Assembly: GCA_023231475.1 (NCBI GenBank)
Contig: JALJEE010000537.1
Coordinates: 1 to 64,000, forward strand
Direction of reading: 5' to 3'
Source of the DNA: Seison nebaliae
Taxonomy: Eukaryota
Length of the DNA: 64,000 nucleotides
The notes beneath the pieces were generated by a model. It saw only the letters and a list, made by a program, of their open reading frames with translations, was not told the DNA's origin and made no database searches. Of this stretch, positions 43,301-55,146 are shown in pieces. Made by a program: the position numbers and the translations under genes. Every line of letters begins with the position of its first letter. Position 1 is the stretch's first letter.

Positions 43301-44116
43301 GCCTTATTGACAATTGACGATGTCACATCTCAACAAAATCCGAAACTCACCACCAAATCTCCATTCACACTTCTCCTCTCTTGTACGACGGACAACGAAC
43401 GTCAGAAATGGCTGACGGACATTTGCCAATTGAAATCTTCCAAACTTCCTCACAATCCCCAAACGATTCGTACGATTATCTCCCGCAATAATCGTCAGAA
43501 CGACGAAATCTCTTCGTCAGTTACCGGTGCATCAAATACTTCAAGCAATATTCTCCACATATGTTGGCATCGAGACGTGTCCATATCAATCGACGATATT
43601 GTTGTTATAATTTCCATCTTTTCCATTTTCTTTCATTAATTTCCTATTACCAGAATACTTTCGATTGTAACGGAACGATGACTGGATATTTGAATAGAAA
43701 GTTTAAGAATTCGTCAGGATGGCAACGATTATGGATTGTATTTGCCAATGCTTCCATGTATTTCTTCAAAACTCCAAAAGTTATATTTTTAATTTTTCAA
43801 AATTTTTAAATTTTTTTTTTTCAAATAATTTTTTTTCATAATCAGGATGATTTCCCATTAGCTACCTTACCGTTATTGGGATACGTTCTCTACAAATCCA
43901 GCACTCCAATAACTGCGTCGACTTCTTTATCGAAATTTCCGCCGCTAACTTTCCGTTTGGAATATCGGACACATACTTATCTATTTCGAGCCGATTCAAA
44001 TTATTCATATCAAAGGTTTAAATTCTTTTCCGTTTTTGATTATTCAAATAATTTCATCATAAAGATGGATCCATATCTTATCAAATGCAACCACCACAAC
44101 AACCTTTAATGATTAA
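30836..44116 (+). CDS. FARP: FERM, RhoGEF (DH) and tandem PH domain protein (FARP/Cdep)
   Basis: FERM exons about 31071-32390 (LLETDYFGL..RFYPADPGQLEEDLTR..KINTFSWAKIGKLCFK..FWKRCIEHHSFFRC..YWGRTQKEL), a phase-1 6555-nt intron 32889-39443, Q/N-rich linker, DH (IAKELLFTERTYVRDL..LRPMQRLFHYQLLL), PH1 (FIRQGCLEKL) and PH2 (GYLNRKFKNSSGWQRLW..DDFPLATLPLLGY..YLFRADSNYSYQRW). Start exon 30836-30970 inferred from phase only. Confidence 0.88.
33495..33995 (+). CDS. Intronic ORF, probable alternative terminal exon of FARP
   Basis: 166-codon ORF inside the long FARP intron. A TAG acceptor ending at 33684 is phase-compatible with the donor at 32889. Confidence 0.4.
   Translation: MPNYHQETSSDSIRTVYRIIDSDSNVLSYEYIITTFQTTFDITETTDTCETSDRYSIPLIDNIVRGKKEIEDNGIVNGDGSRTSYRCANNLHIPNNSNSNNDTKRIEAPNGKLISAKKSRDVQYEKISTNIEQPAYHNLTNATSHTNDISYIDDDDDDNDLKVELA
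35959..35978. repeat. (AC)10 microsatellite
   Basis: Read directly in the FARP long intron. Confidence 0.9.
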
Positions 44117-44661
44117 ATGACCGGTTGATTCAATATTTTTTTTTGTTAATCTAATTCGACCGACAAATTTTTTTGCACCGAAACAAAACTTGGAAAGAAA
44201 CTTCAATTCGATTGATCGAAACAAGAGATTTATTCCGAAGAAGAGAATTTAAATTAAATCTCACCATATTTTTTATCTGTCTGAAAAGCACATTACTTAC
44301 CATAAAATCTACACAATCACATTTATTTCATTTGTATAGTTGATTCTTGTTGAAAAGAAAAATAAAAATTTATTTAACAAATCTTCTCTTTGTCGGATCG
44401 AACGAAAGTTATGTAATTCGCGTTCTGTTTTTCACTGTCACATTCTGAACAAGATCACAATCCATAAAGTCAACAGTTCCACTAGTCATTAGTCGATAGT
44501 TTAATGACGATCTGTTGAAATAGTTTCGGTGTTCACGAGTATTAAGAAAACTGTTGCGCGCCAAACTCCCCATAACTAAACAAAGTGACCATTAAAAATA
44601 TTCACTTGAAGTATGCGTCAGTTCGAAAGTTGATTTCTTGTCACTGCAGTCCATGAATGAT

Positions 44662-44670
44662 ATATATAAA
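44662..44670 (+). promoter_or_regulatory. Candidate TATA box of the homeobox gene
   Basis: ATATATAAA about 160 nt upstream of the ATG; weak evidence in AT-rich DNA. Confidence 0.3.
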
Positions 44671-44829
44671 TCCATTCATATTCCATACATTTCATATTCA
44701 TTCTATTCTCATTCAAAATTCATTACTCGATTTCAGAAAATTCGCATTTAGATAAATAATAAATAATAAGAAATTTCGTGGAAATTTTTCATTTTTTATC
44801 AATTTTAGGTCGTTCAATCGATTATTATT

Positions 44830-46230
44830 ATGGAAATGCAACCGAAACGGAAACGAACTCGAACCCAATTCACTAAACATCAATTGGAGACGTTGGAAGC
44901 GGCGTTCAATATCACACATTATCCTGATGTGACGGCAGTCGAAGAATTATCTGGTCAATTATCTCTCCAACACGAAAAAATTTCTGTTAGTTTTGAATTT
45001 GAAAAATTTTTTATATTTGCTTTTCTTTTATAGATTTGGTTTCAGAACCGTCGTGCTCGTTTTAAGAAACAGAAAAATGATATTGTCGTTAAACAGAAAC
45101 GTCAAGTGATGGCAGAAGCAACAATGAAAGCAATTCATCAAATCCAACCGATTTTCAATAAATTAGTTCCGGCTCCAATACCATCAACAATGAACAATCC
45201 TCAAAATTATCCCATTTCTAATAATCAAAATGGACCATCAAATCATCCAACAATTTCTTCACAAATTCCCATGTCATCAAGAATTTCTCCACCTATTCCT
45301 ACTCCAATCATGCCACCATCAATGTTACCTATACCATCAAATGATGGAAATCATCAGCAATGGAATACTGGAATTCAATTACCGAATGATGTGTCCAATT
45401 TTAATTCGATGAATCCGAATAATATGCAAATGATATTTCAACAATTACTATTCAAACAAATGTTGGAACGTCAACAAAACCAGCAATTTCCTTTCATTCC
45501 CAATGAACAGATGAAAATGAATGTCGGAAATAAAGAAAACATTTCCGATGATAAGAAAAATGTCATGACAATCAATTCGTTATTAAATAAAAGTAATGGT
45601 AATGTGGAAACTGAAGAATCAAAATCTCCGGAAAAACCGACTCATCTTCAACCACCTGTTTTATGTAGTACGCCAGTGATCGAAAATGAAAAAAATTTGA
45701 AGAGACGCTACGATAGTATATCAGACGAAGATGACGAAGAAAATAATTCACCGAAGAAACGAATGTCGACGAATTATATGAGCGATGTGAACAATGTATC
45801 TGAAGATAATGAGTACAATGATCAATCATCTAATAATCATCATCTGGCAACGGATCAACAATCCAATAATCTTTTCCAAACATACTTACAAGATTCTGGT
45901 ATTCAACAAGATTCAAGTATTCAACACAATTCAAGTATTCAACAAAATTCAGGAATTGATCTACAACAACATTCGGAAATTAAATTTCAACAAAATTCAG
46001 GTATGGATTTCTCGAAAGATCAGAATTTCTCTCCAGCAGAATTTATTAATCCTCAAACATTCACTTATCCTTCACAATCGTTCGATTATAATAATAATGA
46101 AGGAAATTCGACGTATGACAATAAAGAGGGCGTTCAATTTCAGTTACCTCATTCCAATGATCAATCAGCTAATTTATTCTGGTCGACATGGCAAATGAAT
46201 TGTCCTTCATTCGTTTCAAAGAACAACTAA
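44830..46230 (+). CDS. Divergent PRD-class (paired-like, Q50) homeobox protein
   Basis: KRKRTRTQFTKHQLETLEAAFNITHYPDVTAVEELSGQLSLQHEKIS|IWFQNRRARFKKQK, with intron 44986-45033 between homeodomain codons 46 and 47, the position characteristic of PRD-class genes; long P/Q/N-rich C-terminus. Confidence 0.9.
45889..46008 (+). repeat. Degenerate 18-nt coding repeat (QQ[DN]S[SG]I-like) in the homeobox protein
   Basis: Units like CAACAAGATTCAAGTATT encode QDSGIQQDSSIQHNSSIQQNSGIDLQQHSEIKFQQNSGMD. Confidence 0.75.
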
Positions 46231-46495
46231 TTAATTTATTAACTTCATTTATCTATTTAAATATTCCATTCATTAATTATTTATTTTAATTAAAAATTAC
46301 AAACAACTCTTTTACATTTTCAGTATGTTAAAAACAAAACTTATAGATATGGTTATATTTATGAGGAACTTTACAATTTTCACATTAGGGAAAAATTAAT
46401 TGAACATTTTGCCTTTTTCAACAGGTCAAATATTTTTCCACAGATATTTTTTAAAATTGTTTAAATCTATTTTCATCGGATAAATAGATAACGAA

Positions 46496-46885
46496 ATGAA
46501 GGCTATTTATTATTCGGATAAATATTATGATGATGTTTATGAATATCGGTTTGAATTTGATAACAAATTTCATACTTAGTTCTTCTTCAGACATGTTATT
46601 CTTCCAAAGGACAAAGTACCAGATATACCGAAGGGTCGACTAACCACAGAAGAAGAATGGCGTGCATTGGGTGTGCAACAATCGAAAGGATGGATCCATT
46701 ACATGCGCCATCAACCAGGTATCTTTCTAATGAGATTTCTACTAAATTATGATTGTTTATTGGCAGAACCACATATACTTCTTTTTAGGAGATTAAAGGA
46801 ACTTTCCTATGATCCAGAAATTCGAAAGGAATATTTTAGAAAGAAAAAAAAACAAAGAGAACTGACGGAAAAACAAAATTTATAA
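46496..46885 (+). CDS. CKS1: Cyclin-dependent kinase regulatory subunit Cks1/Suc1, copy A
   Basis: [56 protein letters not shown] plus a basic tail; two introns. Confidence 0.95.
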
Positions 46886-47445
46886 TTTAGTTTGCGGAAT
46901 TGATATTTAATTCCATCTCACAGAATGGAATGTCAGTTCATGTGATGTCAATTCAATGGAATTCCATTGTCAGATATTAACAGAATTTCCTGTTCTGAAA
47001 ATTATTCTCAACAATTAGAAATATAAATTTTTAAAAATAAATTATCGATCATTAAATTATACTACATATATAACTTTTCTATTCGGTACCAAATTTTCGA
47101 GTAGTACATGAGATTAATAATATTTCGAATAACAAATTCAATTCGAAAAACAAAACTTAAGACGAAGTAAAATTATCAGACTTATTCAATTCCATTCGAA
47201 TTAAGAAAATCATAAAAGAGACGCGGAGTTAAGGGGAAGAATAATGAGAAGTTAATTAAGAGAAAATAAAATTGATATAAGTTTGTTCATGCGATCTGTG
47301 TAATTAAAAAAACATTTTTACCATCAAATAATGAAAAGATGATAATTAGAAAGTTGTTGATCATTATCATCTTCTCCGATCTTCCACATATTCATTAAGT
47401 GAGTTTTAAAATAAACAAATAGTTTCGATCATTTCGAAAAGTTTG

Positions 47446-47864
47446 ATGGATGACAAGATATACTACTCTAATAAATATTTCGATGATACTTATGAATATC
47501 GGTACAATCTTTTTCTTTTATTTTCTTAATTGTTAAACTTGTGAATATTATTCATTTTCAGTCATGTAATTCTGTCGAAAGCACCAGAATGGAATAATCC
47601 CCAACATCGTCTACTGGAGGAAGAGGAATGGCGTTTATTAGGTATTCAACAATCCAACGGATGGGTTCATTACATGTTACATAAAACACGTTTCCATTTT
47701 AATTTCATTTTTCAATTAATTCTCAATTCATTCTTAAAATAGAACCAACAGTTTTATTCTTCCGACGAGTGAAATGGTTATCCAATGACATGTACATTCG
47801 AAAACGAGCGTTAAAAGAAGAGAAATTTCGAAAAGAATTTATTGAAAATTCGATTTCCAATTGA
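47446..47864 (+). CDS. Cks1/Suc1 paralogue, copy B (divergent hinge)
   Basis: MDDKIYYSNKYFDDTYEYR|HVILSK..EEEWRLLGIQQSNGWVHYMLHKT|QPTVLFFRR..; same two intron positions as copy A; absent from the ORF track because its exons are short. Confidence 0.9.
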
Positions 47865-47869
47865 TCTTA

Positions 47870-48142
47870 TCATATTCGCCAATATGAGTCAGCAATGTTA
47901 TCGACTATCCGATCATTAACGGAATAATATCGAGTATGTCGTTCCTCACGGATATTCGTTAATCCAATAATAGTGTAATTATCCACACGAGTTCTATCTA
48001 GTGATACTTGTTTGACACCTGTCCATGTTTGTTGGAAATTCACAATAAAATATCGATTGGCAACTAGTCGATCCTCTTCAGGTGGTGTCAACATCTCATG
48101 AAAATTGAATGAGATAAAAATTAGAAAATAAAGAACGAGCAT
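47870..48142 (-). CDS. Small orphan putative secreted protein (90 aa)
   Basis: AAAAATG context; MLVLYFLIFISFNFHEMLT signal-like start followed by a hydrophilic region with coding-like composition; no family recognised. Confidence 0.55.
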   Translation of the reverse strand: MLVLYFLIFISFNFHEMLTPPEEDRLVANRYFIVNFQQTWTGVKQVSLDRTRVDNYTIIGLTNIREERHTRYYSVNDRIVDNIADSYWRI

Positions 48143-48231
48143 TTTTGTGAAATAGAGAAATTTATCGATTTTAACAATGTAGATTTTATTTGGGGGGAAA
48201 ATGAATTTAAATTTTATTTTTTTCGTCGATC

Positions 48232-51200
48232 TCATTTCCCCTTTTCACTATTAGTCGTACTTCGTTTCGGATTAGTTGGCATTGCAATAAATCGTGGTCG
48301 TTGAGTTAAGGAGAAACTGCCTTCTGCCGCTTCCGTCAAAATATTCACTATGGTATTATTGAGAATATCCTCCACCATCGTCATGAACGACAAATTTTCA
48401 ATAAGGCCATTTGTTGGTAATTCGATTTGTTTTATCGAACTTTCTTTCGTCGATTTTTGTGATTTGACCGTGTCCGTATCTGCATCTCCAAGATCATGAG
48501 AGAGTATGGGTATATCATAATGATATGATGATTGATAATAATCACCAAGTGCACTGGGTGTCACTGCGTCATCAATTTCACTCACAACTTCCAATTGTTC
48601 CGATTCAATGTCTGATGAAGTTTTACTCTTTTTATTCGCATTCTTTTTTGCTGTGACTAATTGTTTCATTTGATGGAATGTTAAATTGGGAATATCTTTC
48701 TTATGTTGGAGATCTTTTAATGCCGATATGAAATTACTCGATTTCAATACATCCCACAACAAATAATTGACTAAAAGATCAGTCGGTAAAATTGAATCTT
48801 CTTCCAATTCTTTCAATTGTCCTTCTTTCAATATCAATTCAGCATAAGAACAAGAAATTATGTCTCGAATACTCACATTCTCTTCAGCCGATGTTCTCAA
48901 TGTCGCTCTTCTCCAACGATCATCTTCAAAATCGAGTATAGCCGATCGATAATCAGGAATTTGTTTACGATCGAAAATTGGAACATTTCGATAAAATTTA
49001 TTAAATGATGAATCGATATAAAAATTGGAGGTTGGTGGTGGCATATCATCCGAATATTCGATGGCATTAGCGATAATATTTAAAGGAATAAATGTCTTTT
49101 GTATCGGCTCTTGAACTTGGACGGTATTTGAACCGATTTGATAAATTTTCGCTCTCTGTTTATTTTTATGAACTTTCGTGTATGTGTCTAATGGTTCGAT
49201 CGTTTCAAAATGACGAGTCTTTCTCATCATAACGAAATCAGGAGAAATTCTCATTTTCTGTTTGGTTTGATATGCCACTTCACATTTCAAACTGATCGTA
49301 TGGAAACCACATTGTTCACTAGGGTTATCATAAAGAAATGTTATTTGAATTATTCGGAAACCGTTCGGTTCTATTCGACCAGATAATGGTGTCACACCGA
49401 CCATCTCCTGTTCCGTTTCATGATCACAATGCCATTTGAATCGAAGGAATTCTTTCGGATTGGCATTGTACAAAAAGGCAATTTTCCTTCGTCTAATCCA
49501 CGGTTGTACTGGTCCGAAATTGACGATATCCTCCAAAAAATGTGAATTATATTCGATGTCTAAAGTTCCCTGATTGATTTTGTGAGAAGTGACAGCTAAC
49601 GATGTACGACAAGCGAAACTCGGTTGGAATGGTGGGGACATGCCAAATGATAAGTTCTTATCATATAACACTTTACATCGAAGTAGAACTCGTTGAGTTT
49701 TCTTTTCTTCATTTATCGAATCCTTCACAATAATCGTTACAGGAATTTCATAAATTTTATTTTGAATCGGCCAAAATTGCCATTGGGTTGGAAACGCCGT
49801 GTTGGGTTCGAGAGCAGCTGTTGGTGTTAAACATCGAATTAATGGATGACCATAATGTTGTTCATTCACACGTTTTAATTGTTCCATATCAACATAAAAA
49901 ATTCCAACTTCATCTCCGAAATTATAAATGGGAAATAATTGAATTGGCGGTTGTATGACACCTAATGACACAGGTTCAAAATCCACAACTGTTGTCGGAA
50001 CATGAATACAACTTGAATTTTTTGGGGTTGTAATTCCCACAAAATTTATCAGTAAAGGTTTCCGATAATTTCCAGCTTTGAAAAGAACCGGTAGAGAATG
50101 TTCTCCGATGATCGAATGACGATAAGATAAACGGATTGCATGACATTCGCCTGGTATTAATTCGCCTTTCCTTCGGTCGATCGTAAATAGTTGACGATTT
50201 AATACGCCGATTAATTTCACTTGAGCTTCCGTCAAACTTTTCGGATCTTGCCATTCATTGAAACAAGAAATATTAGTTTCATTACTATAGACTAATTCTC
50301 TGGGAAAGAAGAATTCCCATCGACTAGTTAACTGCCCCACATTCTGTATGACAATTTGAATTTCCGTCGGTATGGTTTTATGGGGTGCTGCACAAAAGTT
50401 GAATTGTAAATCTTCTTTCGTATCTCCGGCACCCGAAATGATGCCCATCTCATTGCCGCAAATTGTAACATCGTCACCTGTACTTTGGAGGATGTTCTTG
50501 GAAATCTCCTTGTTAATTTGAGGAAAAGAAAAACAGGATTGTAAAAATTCTCGACCGATCGCCAAATTACTTCCAGCAGTTAATCGAGCATCAACTAATT
50601 TCAATTCAGCACAAACACCATCTAACGATACGTGACACAAGAAATTAGAGAGATATGGTACGTCGTCTTTAGATATAGAATTGTGGAGATTATATTGAAA
50701 TTTCCATAAACATTTCCCAATCATTTTCGCTTTAGCGCGAACGATAATTTGCTTTTTAGTGAATGCTTCAAATATTTGTTTTTCGTTATCTAAAATTTCT
50801 AATCGACCGTCTCCTTTCTCCAAGACGGAACTCAAATTAAATAGAACGGCCGTATTGTTCCGATTGTAAATGGTAAAGTAGTGACACTTCCAAGTATTAG
50901 CCATTGTGGGAGAAATTCTTATTAATAAATCTTCGGCAGCAATTTTCTGATGAACTGACGTATGAAGATGAAGAACGGTTTTATATCGTCTAGCATCAAT
51001 TTGACCATCCGTCGACCATGTCACCAATTCTACTCCAATTTGACAAGTTTTAGGTTTTATTGGCGAATAAGTAAAATCGAAATATTTTATTTCACGTGGT
51101 TGAATTTGTCCTTTATTCGGATTGACTGACAACTCGTCAGTATTCTCAACTGGAATGATCCATTCGAAATGTAAAATCGTTCCATCTAACAGACTTTTGG

Positions 51201-54200
51201 CAGAGAATCGTTTAATGGAACTGGTACCAATCGCTGTCGCTTTGACATAAGCCGAACCGTCATTTTCTAATTCGATTAACGGTTTCGCATATCGAACATG
51301 AGTCAAACATGGATCATATTCTGGTAGACCGACATTCCTAATATTATGTGCCTTTCCATTCAAATGGACTGTGAGTGACGGCGATTCCTCACTGGAATAA
51401 TAATCATCTGAAGAATCCAATAATTTATCGACATATTCTACCGCTGCCAAAATCTCTTTGATTATTGGATTGAATTTGCCCAATTTCTTCTTAATGTGCA
51501 TTAATTTAAATGATTGAATAATCGTCTTTCTTAAGCTTAACGATTTTTTCACTAAAATGACCGAGGTGCAACTCGGATGTATGATACCAGATGGCGGATA
51601 ACATGACAGAAGAATATTATTATTTGTATTATTTACTTTTATCGTAAAAATCAATGGAACACTCTCACTTTCATTATGTATGGAAAACGTTTCGAATGTT
51701 GATACTGCCACTTTCAATTGATCATTGGTCGATTCCTGTAAATCCACTATCACATCTTCATTCCCATTCTTTTGAGTCAATAAATATTCGAATAATAACC
51801 AACTGGAAATATAACGATCATTCATTGCCTTATAAACTGGGGCGGTCAAATGCCTCGTATTTTTCAGAGATAATATTTCTTCTTTCTCCTCAAACTTCTC
51901 TACTAAGAATTTCAAATGTGACGTCGACAAATTACCTAATCCATGAATATTGGGTAAATTGAGCACATTCTTTGCACTAAGACTAAATGACGGTTCTGGC
52001 GTCAAATCATTCGACATATAAGTATGAGCGATACACTTCAAATTTACCATATCTGGAATTTGTATTTGGAGGAGATAATGATACAACAAAGTATAATTGC
52101 CTTCCGCTTTCAAATTGGCCGGTAACGGTTGTTCCATCGCCACACTGGTACAATAACATTCGAAGAAACTTTGGAACATTCCCACTTTATTCAACTTGCT
52201 ACATTTCACTTGAATTTCGATACTCGAACCACCAGATAAATGGAAAGTATTCGGAATAATTTCAAAAACACCTAAATTTCATTTCATAAAATTCAAATAA
52301 AGGACATTGAATTATTAATAATTAATTATAATTTTAAAAAAAAATAAAATCAAAAATTCGATAAAATGGAAACCGTGTGATTTTTCCTTTCGGATTTTTT
52401 GATGCCAACAACCGCGAATCGCATATGAATTGTGATTGGTAAGTAGAACGGTTTTACTCGCAAACGTCATATTGGTGAGTTTAGTGGCCATCAATTGGGA
52501 GAAATCGATCAGATTCGAATCTAAAGTCACACTATTTCGACATTGGAACGTTTGAATTACTTGTGCTATATTTGTATTATCTTCCTCCGATTCTCCACTT
52601 TTAGCAAATCCGATCATCTTTTGAACTTCGGAAGAAATGTCATTGGGAAGAGGATCCAATATCGCTAAATCTAATTTCGAATCATAATACGGAACCGGTT
52701 GCTGATTGGGAAAAGAGATGACATAAGCATCTTTCATCGTATGATCGACTTCCGCTATCAATTGACCGTTCTTGACCATTGTCACTATATCCTGAAAAAT
52801 GGAAAAATAAATAATTCAAAATAAGGAAAGATAAATATTAACGATCGGAGAGAATAAAGTTAATCCCATATATTGTAACTTCTTATATCTATCCAATGCA
52901 CTAAATGTCAAGTGATTGTGAACGATGTTGACATCACAACTTGCAACACCCAAACAATCCACATATAACGGGGCCTATTCAAATATATGATAAATATGCT
53001 TAAACTTTTAAAAAAGAACTTGATATTCGATTGTAATGAAAATTCTTCCGTAGAATTTCCCAGTATTTTCATAGTTACCAAAAGTAGCTTTAATTACCGT
53101 TTCGAAACCTGGTCTAACAATTCCAGATGATGGTTCGAAGCGAAATATCGAATATTCATCACTTGGAATCTATCGCACGGAAATTTTTTTGGATTCAAAT
53201 TATCAATTCAAAAAAAATCACTTCAAAATGTTTCTCACGATTTGATGGATTGTTCAGATAAATAATTAGGAACTTTTCCTCATTTTTTGCGATATAACCA
53301 AAATTCAATTTCCTCGTACTAATCGTTACTGGTTCATCTAAATATCATGAATAAAAATTATCATGAGAATAAAATTTAAGAAGAACATCTAGTGGTGGCT
53401 GTCATTTTCAGTAACGGTTGAGAAATGGTACGCCATTCAATCTCATAATTCTGGTCGACAAACAGACTGCTACTGAGAGAGGGACATTTGGCATAAATAT
53501 ATGCGATCTGCATCGAATTGACAACGGCAGTTTGAAAATTTATTCTCAATTTTAACAGTTTCTTTTTTGGAATCGTCATTTCAACATCTAATCCATCTCG
53601 AATAAAAAAATTTTTTGATCCCCTCAATTCTAATTGAAACAATTGATCGACCTGGAATGAAAAAATAAATAAAAGTGAAAAAATTTGTAGTAGAAAAATT
53701 ATAAACCGGAAAAGGATTATGAATGACAATTGTTCGAAAATATGATTTATGTTGATGTAAATTCTCTCCAAAGTTGATAAGTGGAACATCTTTAGGATTG
53801 AAAACCAGATCTTTCGTTTCAGGATTTTTCAGCATTATATTCATAAACTTCCCCACCCCAAATAATTGGACGGCACAATTTAAATTGAGTTTAGGTGGAC
53901 CATAACGAAGGATCGCCGTACCTTGATGAAGAGCACCAATCTGTTAATACAAATCGTTTTTATCAGTATCTATATTTAAATTGAAAATAACTTCAGGAAG
54001 GAAAGATATTTCAAAGATGACTCTTTCTCTTCTTTTTGAACATACTCCACATTGTGGCTTGACATGAAATGGCGCTTTGATATCCCATTCCCATTTAGTG
54101 GGCAAATTAGTCGTTGACCACATTTGAATTTTCAACGTTTTCTTCGTAAACAATTGCACCATTCCAAATCTCAACAAGTTACCCGATAGTTTAATATGAT

Positions 54201-54648
54201 GTGTTCTTTGTCTGGCACATAGAAAAACGGAACCGACTTTCTTTTTCTAGAAAAAAAGTCAATTCGAACTGGTTAAAAATTGAAATTTCAAACATTGAAA
54301 TAATAATCGACAGATTCTTCATAAACATCAGTCTCGCTATCTGGTTGGAATATTACATGAACTGTTAAAGGCTTTCCTATAACCAACGCTCCTTTCGGTT
54401 TGGCAGAAAAATTGAAGTAAGGACTCTTGGGAAGACTGAAAATTTCATAGAATTTTTATAATGAATGTTTAAAGAAATTTGGTTAATAACTCCAAAGAAA
54501 ATCGGACAAGTTTTGTGTTTGTGCTTTTGATGGCAATTTTCTGAACATATTCTTCATCTCTCTTATAATCAGAAAAATAGACCATCGATGGCAGAATCAC
54601 TTTATCTATTTCAACATAGAACTTCGGTGGCAATCGTTGAAGGGCCAT
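48232..54648 (-). CDS. CFAP65: Cilia- and flagella-associated protein 65 (CCDC108)-like, multiple ASH/Ig-like domains
   Basis: N-terminal YFSDYKRDEEYVQKIAIKS..LPKSPYF..VIFQP..LPTKWEWDIKAPFHVKPQCG and later FNFCAAP..IQNVGQLTSRWEFFFP..LSYRHSIIGEHSLPVLF..ILNNTIVNILTEAAEGSFSLTQRPRFIA resemble CFAP65; about 9 short introns then a ~4-kb last exon. Start codon inferred. Confidence 0.85.
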
Positions 54649-55146
54649 GATTATACGCAATCTATTAATTCGAGATCATGGTAACTGCCAGAAAGAAGGG
54701 GATCCCTTATAGCACAAAAATAGAAGATTATTAGGACAAAAATATTTTTAAATTTTAAGGTTAAATCAAAACGATTATTAATTTTCAAAATTATCTTAAA
54801 TTTTAAGATATAAAAATTTTCTAAATTTTTTTCCAATTTTCTCAATCTTTTTTTTAAAAGAATTTCTAAAATTCAGACATATATTCGTCATATTACTAAT
54901 TTTTATGATACGTATAGTAAGATTAAGATTGAAAAATTTAATAGTTTCAAAAGGATTTTCTCAATAATAATCGACAAGAAAAAATTTGAAAAAGTTAACA
55001 ACAACATGAGAATTTTGCATGAATGTAATTTAGAGTTACGTGTTTGTTAGAAATTCATCCCGTTAAATTCAGTCAAATTAAATAAAACGAGAAATTGTTC
55101 AAAATCCATTTCAGTTAACTTGAGTGAAATAAAAAAATCATTCAAA

